Part shown: in pieces, positions 37,111 through 50,664 of the stretch
How the letters are laid out: the number at the start of each line of letters is the position of its first letter
Numbering within the stretch: the first letter of the stretch is position 1
Assembly (NCBI GenBank): GCA_051294905.1
Contig: CM119372.1
Coordinates: 1,240,001 to 1,304,000 of the forward strand
DNA from: Botryllus schlosseri
Taxonomy: Eukaryota
DNA: 64,000 nucleotides
Direction: 5' to 3'
Notes under the pieces: model-generated
Database searches by the model: none
Told to the model about the DNA's origin: nothing
Seen by the model: the letters and a program-made list of their open reading frames with translations, nothing else
Program-made: the position numbers and the translations under genes

Positions 37111-40100
37111 ACATTGCTATACAATACAGCCTTTTACCTCCTTCTTATCACTTTTTCACAATAAAAGGTTTCAAACCTCGCGGTCCTGTCGACATCATCA
37201 TCTGTTCTGTGATACATATTCTCAGCCCAATGCACATTGCTGAATATGTTTGATTTAACCTAGCCATAGTATTTACTCTTTAGATTTCCTAGTTTGCATC
37301 TCGCAAACTTGATTACACTGTACGTTTGTTCATCTCCGACTGCTTGTAATGAGTTTCAACCTGTTTCATTCCCATAATAAACGATACGTTTATCTGTATG
37401 CATCAAAAAGTGAAACCGCAGGTTTTTACGTATATGTTACACTTCAGCCTGTTAGAATTACACTCATTTTGTAAAACGCAAATATTACCGTATATCTACG
37501 GTGAATACGCAGCAGCTGTGTGGCCACTGGTCAGTGACGAATTACTTGTACTATTTCGGAGAATACTAGAGTAGGTTTTACCTGCTTGCACTACTTACTC
37601 TGGAGGGTCTGTTTTTGAGTACTTCTACCTATAGCCTATACTTAACTGTTCTCTGTGCATGCGGCAACACTACGCTTACAATATGTACGACTTGTACGTG
37701 CGCGTGTACTGCATGCAGTTACCGAAATCAGATCAGTTATTAACGTTCTTCTAAAATTAACTCAAATTCCGCAGCCCGACTTCGAGAAATGATGATATTT
37801 TGATGTAAGGAGGTGTGTTGAAGTGAACGGCGTATAAACGAAGCCTATCCAAAACACAGCAAAATAAAGCAGGTCATGAAACTATAAGCTAGGAATTCGA
37901 ATAGTGGCTGCCTGCTGTTACGGAGACACAGAAAATACAGAGGTCAAAAACTATAGCGCTTCATTCAGTGGGCATGCCTCCTTTTTTACATCGCCAAGGC
38001 CAGGTGGGAGTCTGATTTCGAAAACTACTCGAAAGTCGTTGCGACATCTTTCTACCTCTTTCATTGTATCGCAGTCTTGTGGTGTATTGAAATGATGAAA
38101 TTTTCAGCAATAAATTGAATTCAACCATACACAAAACAGAGTGACTTGTTGACAGCAGCTAATTAAGACACGGCGCCCAAGCAACATGTAGCCTATAATG
38201 AGAAATCACGGTACGCTTGATTACTATAATTAATTGAGGATTACCCCGGATGAGTGTCAGCCCAAAATATTCGGGGTTATATCAATATAGGCCTATAATA
38301 CACTATCACATTAAAATTTTCGTCATCATCTTACCAAGTTATTTTCTTATTTGCTCTCTCGCGTTGCCGTCGGTGTTTCAAGGTCGATGCCACCAAAAAA
38401 GAATTACCCCACCAAGCTTTGATCGACCTCTCCGCGGTCATCTAAATATTCTTGTTGATTGTTGAATGAAGCAATCCCGATCAAACAGCGAACACGTCAA
38501 ATCATTGTCTGATTGAGACAACCCTATTTGAATTATCCAACAGTCCGTCTCGTGAATGAAATGGTGTATTTTGAGTGTTAGCCAATTACGTTCATTAAAC
38601 GAACTCGTCATTCATAGCAGATTAGGTCGAGGACATTTCTAACTATCGGGGCGTTTTGTAGAGAATATAATGGTTGAGATGAAGTCGCACCCGACCAAAT
38701 TACGTAGGCTATCAGTGAGGCAAGAAAGTGCTAGAACCCCTGGCGGAGTTCAGTTACACATGCAACTAGACTTCAACTTTTACGAATGAGATTTGAATTA
38801 AAATTGTAGCGAATCAGTTTTTCTTTTCAATTAAATCTAAATTAGAAATACCGAATTCACGAAAACTTGGAAATTGAATGAAATTCCTAATTTGAAAGAA
38901 ATATAACAAAAATCAAGTCCAGTTCATATTAAACCGGAGTTCTTGTAAGTATGGGAAAGCCGAACATATGTTCACAAAGGTTGGCTCGTTTCGCGCATTT
39001 TCAGGAACACCGGAAAATGGATTAGAATTAAAGAGGGAGCATAGAAACATTTCACAAAATAGATTAATTACATTACCGGTATGTCGCTGTAATTAGACAA
39101 GTAGGTTGTGACTGGAGGATGGAGGTCATTTCTTGAATGAAGCGATAGAAAGGAACTCGAAAAAGTGCGATCGTGAACAGAACGGGTTCTTTGACCGTAC
39201 GGTAGCCGCATTTTGTCGTAAAACTATATATATCAATATAATCTCGGAAACTTGTATTCAATGGGATATGAAAGAAATGGCTGGGAATGTAAATACAGAA
39301 GCCAGTTACAATAAAAACCATTGTATGACGACGTGTTTTCACCAGTAGTAAAATATTGGTGGGGCATATATAGAGATGTCGGCTATACTGCGTTAAACAT
39401 AAATGTTTAAATGTCGCACCCAGGTTGTGTATGCCGTGATTATTAGCTGTTTAAACGGGAGTGGGTCGCTACCTAACATAAGTACAGGATCTTCCGTAAT
39501 CGGGATTAGTTGACAGTAGAATGTTATCCGGATAGTATTGAGCTATCAGTTTTCACGAATTCGATAATTCTGATTCTAATCTATTTTTGGAAGTAGATAT
39601 AATGATAATTCTAGTTTAATTTGCAATAAACCGTGTAGCTATGATTATAATTCTTAACTAATATTGCAAAACTGAAAGTTTTCAAGATTTTACAGTAGCC
39701 TATTCGAATTCAGAAATCACACGGCTTTGCAGCAAATATTCATCATAATATTTTAGCTTTGTATGAATGTCATGTTTTTTCGTTCTTTTAACACCGTCGT
39801 TTCGGGTTACCATATTCTGAGATTGGGAAAAGAGGAAAATTTTTACAAGTAAGAAAACTTCCAAATCTGACAAGTAAACGGATAATTTGAAAATTGTTAC
39901 TGGGAATACTGTTGTGTTGACTATAAAAAAGGGAATTTTCCAATTGACCCGCTCAGATTTTGTTCATCACTGCCGTCGGAATACAGTTTTTCTCACCATT
40001 TATGTCCTTTAGTAGTTGTGCATGTACATTGCACATTTTACATGTGTACGCAGTTGCCTAGCAGCCAAAGCTAAAAAAAGAGGATGAGTTGCCAAAATGA

Positions 40101-40752
40101 GGACATTTTCGATTTCTTGAATAAAAGAGGACCAAATCAAAGAGGATTGGTAACCCTATACTGTTGTTGATGCACAGTTAATTTCGTGCACCGGTATTCT
40201 ACCGTAATGTGGCCTATTGGATGTGCATCGTGGTAGATTTTTGCTTCATTGATGTGTGCCTTTGCGTAGATTATGTGCACTGACTGTTACCTCGGACGCT
40301 GCGCATGGCGCGATTAGTTGCTTGTCGATTAGTTTGAATGGTCTTGAATATTGCCCGGCAGAGCTCAATGTGACCTGTGAAGAGAGAGGTCGTTCTTGTT
40401 GTTGCGTAACTGTTGTGGCATTTTCTGTTATATTATAATATACTTCGCACTGCACTTGGGTGTGTGTCTTGGGCAGCTGAAAATATAATCTGTCCATTGA
40501 TTGATTGATTGAATCATCGAAACATGTGGGTTCGCCGAAAGTTTGCAGGGTAGCGAAATTACAGAAAAGGTTAAGAATCAATGTGTTAAACCTTTCCCAT
40601 TGTTTCTAGCCCCAGGAATGCACGAGCTTGTGTACAGCGCCGCAGTGCAAAGATGACATGTTTGCCTATTGTTACACAAAGCGCTCTGATTATCGCAAAT
40701 GGCTACTATTTTTCCGGTGGTTAAATTATTATCCTCTGCAGAAATATTTCAG

Positions 40753-40927
40753 TGCGATTAGCTACTGCTTCCCCCGTGTTGCTGGATGCGAATATGGATG
40801 CAATGACGCCAACGGCCTCAGTAAACATTTATGACCCTGGTTGGATAAGCCTGACCGGATTAGCATTCGTACTTGTGGTAGCAATCGTTGTTGGGAGCAT
40901 CATATCGTATACCTGGTGTAAAGAAAA
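40753..40927 (+). CDS. Transmembrane-encoding exon of an unresolved single-pass membrane protein gene, possibly a pseudogene
   Basis: atttcag|...|gtaaga, phase 1 to phase 2, open frame ending ...GWISLTGLAFVLVVAIVVGSIISYTWCKE. Flanking exons could not be assembled. Confidence 0.45.
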
Positions 40928-41047
40928 GTAAGAAGACTTCAATTATATGACATGTTTTTTCGAAAAAAGATATACAGTTGCATTCTCGTATCACACACTC
41001 TCTGTGCCGTGGCGTAGCCCGAATGAGAATTGAATATGGTTTTGAAA

Positions 41048-41595
41048 CAGGGGCGGGCAACTTCTCCAGTCGGCGGGCCGGGTATAGGAAAATTTAGTAC
41101 TTGGCGGCGTGGATTGCTGAATCGATACATTATTCATCTGTTTCTCCACATACACAAGCAATGAATCTTATTTAATGAATGTATTTTACCGACAGCAATG
41201 TCACTTCAAAGCCATTTCACCCGCATTGTGATCGAGTGTCGGTATTGTGACGCAACAATTCTCTGTCTGGCAAAACGACCCCTGACGTAACCTAAATGCA
41301 GTGAGCCGTTCACTGTCGCTGTGTCCACATCATTTTATTGAACACCACCGGCTTGCCGAGCATTAAATATGTTATTATTTGTCACTATGGTGCAATCCTT
41401 AATTAAGATTTCAAGGCGTTCGATAAGCCCGGTATCCCAAATTTACGAAGATATATCAATTCATCAGGATTGAGTAGGTGACGAGATGGCGTCGTCGTTC
41501 AACTAGGTGGCCTAATTAATCTCGATATTGAATTCATGCGACCCGCGTCCTCTACGAAAGATGGCCCGCGAACCGTTTTGAGTTGGCGACCCCTG
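41048..41595. mobile_element. hAT-like MITE
   Basis: Termini CAGGGGCGGGCAAC / GTTGGCGACCCCTG; no intact TSD. Confidence 0.6.
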
Positions 41596-44489
41596 ACATA
41601 AGCGGTGCCTTACAAAAGCCTGGAACTGTGCCGTGCTACAAGTCGGTGGTTACGGAATCAAAAATAAGAAATATCAGCCTGATGGAAATGACCATTGCAG
41701 TCGACAAACACCATGATTACCACAAACGACATTACGGTTGAGCACATCGCAAATGATGATAATGCCAGTCATCTCGCTTCGACGAACTTACACGTAAGCT
41801 CCACTCTCGCATGTTACGCACACACGTATGTAATAACATACAGTCACTAAAATTTGACGTAGTAAGCAAGTAGTGGGGAATGTCGGCAGACTGGGGCCGC
41901 GGGCCGCATTATCATGTAAGACAGAAAACTGTCCGCGGTCCGGACAAAATCCCTTCGCGGCCGTATGTTGCCCTCCCTGTTTTAGAAGGACAGAACTGCA
42001 ATATCGCAACAAACAATATATTCGCATCGCTGACTTTATTACGCTCTGAGCCATTCGACTGACTCTCAACAGGAATACTGAATAATTGGCGATACGACAA
42101 AATTATTTTGAATTCTCTACTAGTTGCTGACGATTACCCCTGTCGAGTGTCAGCCAAAAACATTCTGGTTTATTTCAATATGAATGGTATTATTCAATAA
42201 TGAACCGATCGTTTGTTGCGGAAGATAATTCAGAGGTGACGCAACCAGCATGCTGACGTCAAACTGTCCAAAACACTGAAGTTAAAGGAAAAATGGTGCG
42301 TTTTGCGCCCCTCGACAGGGATATGCTCAACAGCAAGAACACATTGATTTAGCCCGTACAAGGTTGATGATAAGAAATTGTTGTAATCATTCAGAGATTT
42401 CACACACAACCTTTTACAACAGTTATACGGAACAGGTCAGTAAAGAAGTACTCTGCATAGGAGTAGTCAAGTAGGTTTCGTCTACTTTGACACTTGCTCA
42501 AGTGGCTGTAGTAGAATTTTGATGACAACAACCGAACAAAGGGGCGCATTTATCATAGTAACAGTAAATATTTTCGATAATTGCTTTATCTATACTGTCA
42601 ATAGTCGAGTTGTATCGTATTGAATTTCAAATAGTAACATATCTCCGATTTAATACCAAAAGTGAATGACAGATCCACCAAATCAAATTTTCAAAACTAT
42701 ACTTATTTTGGTACTTTTCAGAGCTTTCCAATTTTACTTGAAGTAGTTTTGGTGTGGCTTTGAAATCGCTACTTTTACTTGTAATTGAGTAGAAACTCTC
42801 GGTGTAGCTTCTATCCATACTCGAGTAGCAATGCTACCGACTACTCTGGTTTTACCGCACCTTGGATCCTTACTAGCACGGCTGTATCTTACCTCTGATG
42901 CAAAATTTGATCGGACTAAGAACATTAACCGGAATATTTGGACTGTTTTGACCACATCTGCAGTTATCTATATCCGATAAACGTATCCGTTAATTCAAAC
43001 TAGACAAAAGTTTGAAGATGCTTTGGAGCGAGAATCTGAAAAGGCACACCACCAAAAGTTGGAAGAGAACGAAAGAGAGTTACCGCGCGTATAATGACAT
43101 CACCATCGGCTGGCGATTACTTTCCGTCTATTTTGTACAATTGCAAAGTTACTTCCTTCATATTTTCAAACGTGTGCAGTTATAGTTCGGTTGCCCGACA
43201 CTTGAGCATGTGAATTTATAACACCAAACTAACCGTAACTCCGAGATTAACTATTGATCTAACCAAAAGTTAACCCGTAACTCATATGCGCAAATATAGT
43301 ACGTTGCATATACTAAAGTGTGTCATGCCACTGTGTTGCATGCTCAATGCTCACGCTCATATGTCCATGGAGAGTTGATCGATGCACATTGCACAGTAAC
43401 GACAGAGTTACCATATTTTTTTTGTCAACACAAGAGGATTTCCTGTAAAATTTTCAGAATCGGCAGTTTTCTAGTCAGGCAATCTAACTTTTGTGATTTG
43501 GAAAAGTGTCCTCCGTTGCGGATACCAAAACATGGTAACCCTATAAGTAACGATGAGAATTAATCTACAGAATATCATGAAAATGAACAAATATTACAAT
43601 ATGAAAATATTTTTCAATTGTTTTCTGAAGTACTGTACAAGAGTCTCTACTAGTCAGCCCTCAAGATTACCGGACCACAATCTGACATATCGGCCTCGCC
43701 CACCGATACATGTAGCTTTCATTGTTATCACTTCCTTTCATGTCATACTTTCTTTTATCCAGTCTGCATGCCTCTTATTTACATGCTATAGGCCAAAGTG
43801 GGTGTCTGACTACTCCAAGTCGTTGCGGCACCCTCCTATCTTTTCGTTACATCGCAATCTTGTGGTGTATTGGTTTGATATAAAAGATTGAATAAATGAT
43901 GATGATGAGAGGAGCATGCATATCGCATATATATTTCATACATTGCGACGAATCACTGTGTGTCTTAACTTGGTGCTATTGAACGAAGGGTTTCTAGATT
44001 TCCACGATGGAGGCAAGTGATTCAGAGACGTGTGTCCTCTCGCCGCCTGATAGTCTACAACCAATGCTTTGTCACGGAATGCCCTTGTTTCATTGGAATG
44101 CACGTGTTACAATCAGTCCGACTTAATCCGCTGTGAAGTCCAGTCTGATTGTATCTCTCCTATTGCAACTGCAGATGAACCAGTTCTCGAAGACCATACA
44201 GATACAGCAAACAAGGTTTGTTTGCGCACCTCAATAAGAACTGGGTTGCCAGGTCCTGAGCCCGATAAAATGCTTGTAGTAATCAGTCTAAAACCGATCT
44301 TACGGATTGAACAAATGTCACGCGATCAACCCATGTATAGTGTGAAATTGGCAGTTTGCAGCATAGGAGTGTTAGTTAGATTTAGGAAACTTAACCTTCG
44401 ACGTGTTCGATGGAACATTCTTTCAGCGAGAGGCGATGTCTGGCAAGACCTTCTGCAGACGGTGTCGGTTATTTGCAGTGTACCGAGAG

Positions 44490-44910
44490 CAGAGATGAGC
44501 GGATTTGAAATTTCTACGTCCTAATCCAATCCAAATCCCAACCTTCAAATCCAAATCCAAATCCTAATCCATAACTTTTTCATATTCAAGTCCATGTCCA
44601 ATCCTAATCCGATTCCAACTAGAAATTCAGAAAAAAAAACTAATTTATGCAATCGAGGGATTCGAAAATTTTCTTTCACAGCCAACGATTCACTTGATTC
44701 AAGATAACCCAGTAACCATAATAAGTACATTAATAACTGATCTGAATAAAGTTTGTCGCCATTCGCCACACGACATTTCAATCTCCCAGAAAATACTTAA
44801 ATCCTAATCCGTTCTGGAAAAAATGTCTAATCCATATCCAATCCAAATCCGACAAAAATTTCACAAATCCTGTTTTTTCAAAACCTAATCCTAATCCATG
44901 CTCATCTCTG
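44490..44910. mobile_element. hAT-like MITE, 421 bp
   Basis: TIR CAGAGATGAGC / GCTCATCTCTG; perfect 8-bp TSD ACCGAGAG (44482-44489, 44911-44918); internal AATCC(A/T) repeats. Confidence 0.9.
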
Positions 44911-45245
44911 ACCGAGAGGCGATCATGTCTGGCAAGACCTCTGCAGACGGCTTCTGCGTCAGTTATTTGCGGTGTACATTCAGTGGATAGTTAATGTTTT
45001 GCTAAATTAGCTAAAACACATCAACATTGTTGAGAATTACCCTGTAATAAGGAGATGTGTTTTCCTTCAGGTCAATAAGATCAACGACTTTGCGTTGTAT
45101 ACGCGTTGATGTCGTCAAGCAGTTAGATAGATTTCGCTAAAGAAGAAATATTTCTCTTGCTCATCGACTTCAATTCATACTCTGATCTACTGTAGCGAGT
45201 CCCAGCGAGGACAAATGCGGTCAATGCCAGTGTCATATGATAACT

Positions 45246-45715
45246 AAGGCTGGGCAAAAACGAGTACCGGAGTGATTCGATGCTGAATCAAGTTTTGAGT
45301 ATTACTCATTATGACGTTGTAACAGTGTGAAAGATGCTGGAAGTTCAGCTATGTCAATTTTATGCGACCGCAAAGAATATAATGCAAGTTCTACGTCACA
45401 TTAACGATGAAAAAATTTCGATCACGCCTATTTTATTGCACTCTGTGACAATGCTGTGGGTTGATCGCGACTTCAGAGATATGTCACTTCCATTAACGTG
45501 CGTAGCTTTATGCTCCATGTCCCGTATGCTGCGATACGACAGACAGGTCGAGGCTTCTGCGGAAAATTGTATCGAAACTACAATTTTCGTTCATAACTTA
45601 TTAACTCCTGGTGGCAAGATGCGTGTACTTGAAAAAATCACATCTCACTCTCGACGCAAATCATTGCAATTAGCGTTAGATTCAGATTCGAGCACTCGAA
45701 TCATTGTGCCCAGCT
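45246..45715. mobile_element. Family C MITE, representative copy
   Basis: Termini like AGGGCTGGGCA...TGCCCAGC; core GACAATGCTGTGGGTTGATC...GCTGCGATAC...ATCGAAACTA...GTGGCAAG. Related copies near 4636-5015, 12600-13075, 15881-16280, 20505-20630, 26929-27240, 35941-36160, 46500-47025 and 59040-59370. Confidence 0.7.
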
Positions 45716-47872
45716 TTATAATAAATAACTGTGGATATTGTTACCGGAAGGTATAGAGACTATAAGTATTGCACGGATGGGGAATGCTTGGAGATTAGTC
45801 GTCAGCTGCAGATGAATTAATAATGCCATAATCGGATTGTGCCGTGAATCTTTCATGCTTTCCGAACTTATATCGACTTTGTCACAGTGACCTCAAAATG
45901 CGAGACGTTCTAGGCTACTCCCCGATGACAATCTCCAATGACTGGTGATGAGCTCCGGGCGGACTAGGATAGCATTAGGATCGGACATTGGACAATTTCG
46001 TGGAATTCGGATAGGATTTGGATATTATCACGGATTTTTTCACGATATTATGGGATAGCTGTAACCTACCTTTGATAAAGATATTTCTGGATAGTTGTAA
46101 ACCGAAGTGAGCTTTGATTACAAGCCCACAGAAAGACGTCATCAATTCGATAACCAAAGACAGACAGTTGACACCTTGCGATATGACTGTTAGCACTCTA
46201 AAATGTTTATCAAGGGTTCGGGCAAATATAAATCAACTAACATCACTACCATTGGAGAGTACACGATACTAAAAGGCCAATCATATTATCACATATCACT
46301 GTATCTCAGCTCAGTTGTACAATTCATACTCCGCGACAATGCTGTTCGATACGGATTTTTTGGATTCTAGGACGGGATTTTCGGATATAGTCGGATAGTT
46401 GGATGAGATGCTTCGGATTTGGGCAAGTAGTTTCCCAGACACTCAACTCGTCGGGCGATTCGGTTTCTCAAAAATCAATATCCGCTCACCACTGATACTG
46501 AGTAGAGCTGGACGCGTTGCTACAAGTAATCGAATCCGAATCGAATATTAATTGTAATGATTCGAGTCGAGTAAAGATATACGATTTTTTCGAGTGCTGA
46601 GTAAGCAACTTTCCATTAAAAGTTACATTGACACTGTGAATTATAGTTTCGATGATGAAAGCCTTGAAACTGTTCCTCAATTCTCGTATCACAGTATCCT
46701 AAACATGTTGTGCGAAGCTACGCACGTTACAGGAAATGACATTTACGTGAAGGCGTGATCGACCCACAGCATTGTCACAAAGAACAATGAAATAGGTATG
46801 GTCGGAAATGACCAAATTATCTTTGCTATGGAGTAGAATTGCCAGTATTTTCTTTGTGATACTTCTTAATTTTCCATATCATTCATAATGTAATGAAGTC
46901 ATCATGGATGATAGTCGATTTATCGAATAGGCTACTCAATTCGAAGCTTATAATTATCCATCCGGATTCAAATGTAACCGGTACTACTCGATTTTGGCAG
47001 GCCCTACTCCTTTCTATGGAGCACTGTTTTACAGCAGTCTGATCTGGCTATTCGATATTAATTCACGCCGGACTCAGTTCGACATTCACAGAAATAACCA
47101 TCCCAAGCTACCCACAGGAAGAGGCAACGTCATCGTGTGCGTCAGGCCATTAGTCGACGCTTATATCCTGCAATCCTGCGACAATTAACGTTCTCATATC
47201 ATGGCTGCGGTCACTGATATGAATGAAGGTAGTTAACTCCGTCTTTTCGCTTGCGTGCTAGAGGATTGTAACTGATCCATAGACAACTAACCTACGGATA
47301 GATAGATGCGCAACCCGTGGCTGCACGGTTGGACAGATCAGGTTGGAAATCGACATTGTTGCGAGCAATCAGAATGCCGCAATAGGGTCATTGTCATGGT
47401 TGGTGTATTGCGGATCTCCGATTATTAGAAACAATGCAAATCTTAGCCCATTATAAGGACAATTTTGGGGTAGTGGCATTGCCATGACAAGATTATAATT
47501 TGTACTTGGTAGTAAGTACCACTCTCAATTAATTTTGCGCTCGGCTCGTGAGCTAAAACATTTCCGTACTTGTTGACGACGCTAGGAGACATTGCTAACG
47601 GTCTGCGCAGACACTTGTTAAGCATTTATCCGTATCGGTTAGTTGCCGCATAAGTCACACTGATCAGCCGAAAATAATAATCATAATAATCTTATTGTTC
47701 TGTGTGAAAATTGAAAATCATGTTTTAATGGTTTTGTTCTTTGAAAACTATTATCGATGTACATGCCGTTCATTTTGCGTGTCAGTATTCTATAGTAATG
47801 CCAAAAAATAGATTTGAAGTGTGATAGACTTCAGTTTTTGTGACTAGGCAAAATGTAAGGGTTCGTCTAAGG

Positions 47873-49216
47873 CAGTGGTTCCCAACGTGGGCGATATCGC
47901 CCCCAGGGGGCGATTTGTCGGTCCAGGGGGGCGAAAATAGCCAAGGGGGCGATAGGGGGGCGAAAATGGACGAAGGGGGCGATAGGGGGCGATGGCGCGT
48001 TGAAATGGCTATATTGGCGTCCATGACCGTAACTGCCACACCCAAACCCCAATTGGGATGGGCGGCCGGCCAGATCTCGAAGGGAGCCCACAATTTTTTC
48101 GTGAATTAACATTAATTATTGAGTATTATTTTGGACATTTGGGCAACTTTTTCAAAAAAAATTCGCGCTGCGCGCCATTTCGTGGTCACATATTTCTTCC
48201 TTATGGGATACCATTCCTCCAAGAAATTATACGCATGAGATATAGAAATGGGCATCTCGGCGTCAGCCATGACGCACCAAGACATATAACATGTAACATG
48301 CGACTCCGAGAAGTGTGCCAGAACGAGAAAACCTTGGCGGAAAAGGACTGCCTTTATGCTGTCCGACTTCGATATATATACGATATACATATATATTTAA
48401 TGGTCCATAGGCGCCTAAATAGCTGGTGCCTAAATAGCTGGCGCCAAATGTTACTGTCCTTTCAATCAGAACCCCACAAAAAAATGCCATCTCGCAGAGG
48501 AAAATTAATTGCCAGTGCAGAAATATCAATTTGAAATCGTGTGCGTCTTTTAGTTTAGTACGTATGGGCGATTTGACAGAGCAGACAGGCCACAAAATGT
48601 CAGGACGTAGCGAAGTCATACTCACGGGTCCGCCCGAATATGTTCAATTATTATTTACGGGCCCTACATTTTCCAAGACACCTCACTCAGCTTTACCGGT
48701 TAATCTGAATACATATGAGCAGAGAGAGAGGATAAAAAATTGACAGCAATGTATATGCAATTCCCGATCATATTGACCGATTCAATCATGAATGATAGAA
48801 ATTTTTCGCGCTTCGTGCGAATTAGGCCCACTAACTAAAGAGTCCAACAATTTGTGCTGAGAAGTAGCGGTCAAGAGGTATCGTGGAAGTTGAGTCTGAG
48901 GGGCGCAGAAGTTTGCTTTATCACCCTATGGAGGAGGGGGTCAAGACCAACGTATTGGGGGCGGGGTGACAAAGTGCTGTTACGGTCCTTTTTGGAATCA
49001 AGTCGGAGAAATCACCTTTTTTGTTAGTCAACTCACCAAAATTTAGCTGGAAATGTGTAATTTCGAGGTCGAGCCGAAAAGTTGACCTTTTTTTTAGTCA
49101 ACTCACCGGTTATTTCAGTCTGTATGCCCATTTCTCGGTTCTCAATAATTAGGGGGCGATTATCAGTGTGGAGTTTGAAAAGGGGGCGATGAGTCGAAAA
49201 AGGTTGGGAACCACTG
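47873..49216. mobile_element. hAT (Charlie-like) non-autonomous element, 1344 bp
   Basis: Perfect 14-bp TIR CAGTGGTTCCCAAC; perfect 8-bp TSD GTCTAAGG (47865-47872, 49217-49224); subterminal GGGGGCGA repeats; no transposase. Confidence 0.93.
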
Positions 49217-49501
49217 GTCTAAGGCTTTCAGTAGCCGCGTAAAGTGTAAGGTCTGGCCAGGTTAGTAAATGTTAAGACCACTGTTATAAGGTAAGGTCGG
49301 ATTGAAAGATTACTCTAGGTAGTGTCGACTTTTTCTTATCTTTCAATTTCATCGCAATTTTGTGGGGTTCTGAAATTAATATTATTAAATTGAACTGGAC
49401 TAAAAACTAAAGGAAGTCTCCACTGCTATGCCTGTGCTTCGTGTCATGTTTGGATAGCTGTAAATGTCGTGAATTCAAAAACCTCTCGCGATTTTCTGCA
49501 G

Positions 49502-50624
49502 TGACGACGAAGGACGGTAATATCGAACCTCCCGCCGACGTGACAAGCATTATCACTATCGTGGTCGCGTCCGTGATAGGCGCCGTGATTGTGGGCGCAA
49601 TCATCGGATTGGTTTATATGATGAAGAGAAAGTACGTGAAAGAAGCGTTGCTATAGTTTTATCCAGTGAACAAGTTTGTGGTGGAAAAAATGTACAGCTC
49701 CATTAATTCTATTTACGTCGGGATTGCATTGGAATCGGGGCAGACTTGAAGAAATAAACCATTCTGATTGTCTAATTAAACTAAGCAGAGCGACACGTCC
49801 GTAATTTTGTTTGTGAAACGAATCTTCGCTACCATTTTAATTTTAATCTCATTCTGCTTTTTCTGCAACTGCTACTGTATACTGCAGATTGCGACACGAC
49901 CCGAGCCTAATGTACACACATTTGCCTTTCTCTTTCATATGAGAGAGAACTGTGATTTGGTATGGACTGGACTTGCTGCATTTCTTAGTAACTGGGAATT
50001 TAACTCAATGACCAAGTTTTTGCGAATTCAGTAATTCTAATTCTAATCGAATTTAGAAAAAAATGTGTAGCTATCATTGTAGTTGTAGGCTAATTTATGC
50101 TCTCATTTTAATTCCACTCAAATTTCTGTTTTACTGAAAATGCTACAGCAGAACTGTGTAGTGCGAAACGAGCCAAGGTTGGTGTACAGACATTTGTCAA
50201 TATCGAATGAACATCGAATATCGAATATATCGAATATCGAATTTGTCAATATGCGAATGACCTTTGATTTGATATGAATCGAACTTGGTTTTGTTGTATT
50301 TCTTTCTAAATGTGATTCGATTTCCAAGTTTTTGCGAATTCAGGAATTCTAATCTAGGTTTGGCTATTATTCTAATTCTAATTTGGAGAATCTGTTTCTG
50401 ACAGCCGGTCGGTGCCGATCCACGAAAGCGACCTCTACCCTTCCCAGCCCGCAGGCAGATTCACAAGAAGGGGCGATCCGGAGTTGTTTCGGCAAAACCG
50501 GGCTCAGCAATCGCTGGAGGACAAACTCACGCATCACGCTCAAGATATCAACGTGGACGAAGCGCAAAGATCAACATTCAACAATCCCTCAAACTCTTAC
50601 GCTCCCATTCCACGAAAGGAATGA
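49502..50624 (+). CDS. 3' part of a single-pass membrane protein gene (TM exon plus cytoplasmic tail exon)
   Basis: Exon 49502-49631 (130 nt, phase 1/2; VTTKDGNIEPPADVTSIITIVVASVIGAVIVGAIIGLVYMMKR) splices in frame to 50405-50624 (RSVPIHESDLYPSQ...SYAPIPRKE*). Upstream exons not found. Confidence 0.72.
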
Positions 50625-50664
50625 TTGATATTTCTCAGCGTGGATAGTAACACTGTAGAAATAC

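Noticed and set aside
39121..40834. Cys-rich ORFs (39133-39348, 40628-40834) as upstream exons of the 40753 TM exon
   Set aside because: They cannot be joined with plausible intron sizes or frames; left unresolved.
44069..44524. 151-aa Cys-containing ORF
   Set aside because: Non-ATG start, no recognisable domain, and it runs into a MITE. A hidden exon cannot be excluded.
47030..47640. Possible ectodomain exons for the TM gene at 49502
   Set aside because: Coding-like composition, but every frame I tried hits stops and no phase-1 donor gave an open join.
47782..48743. Several overlapping ORFs of 70-158 aa
   Set aside because: They lie almost entirely within the GC-rich non-autonomous hAT element and show no transposase motifs.
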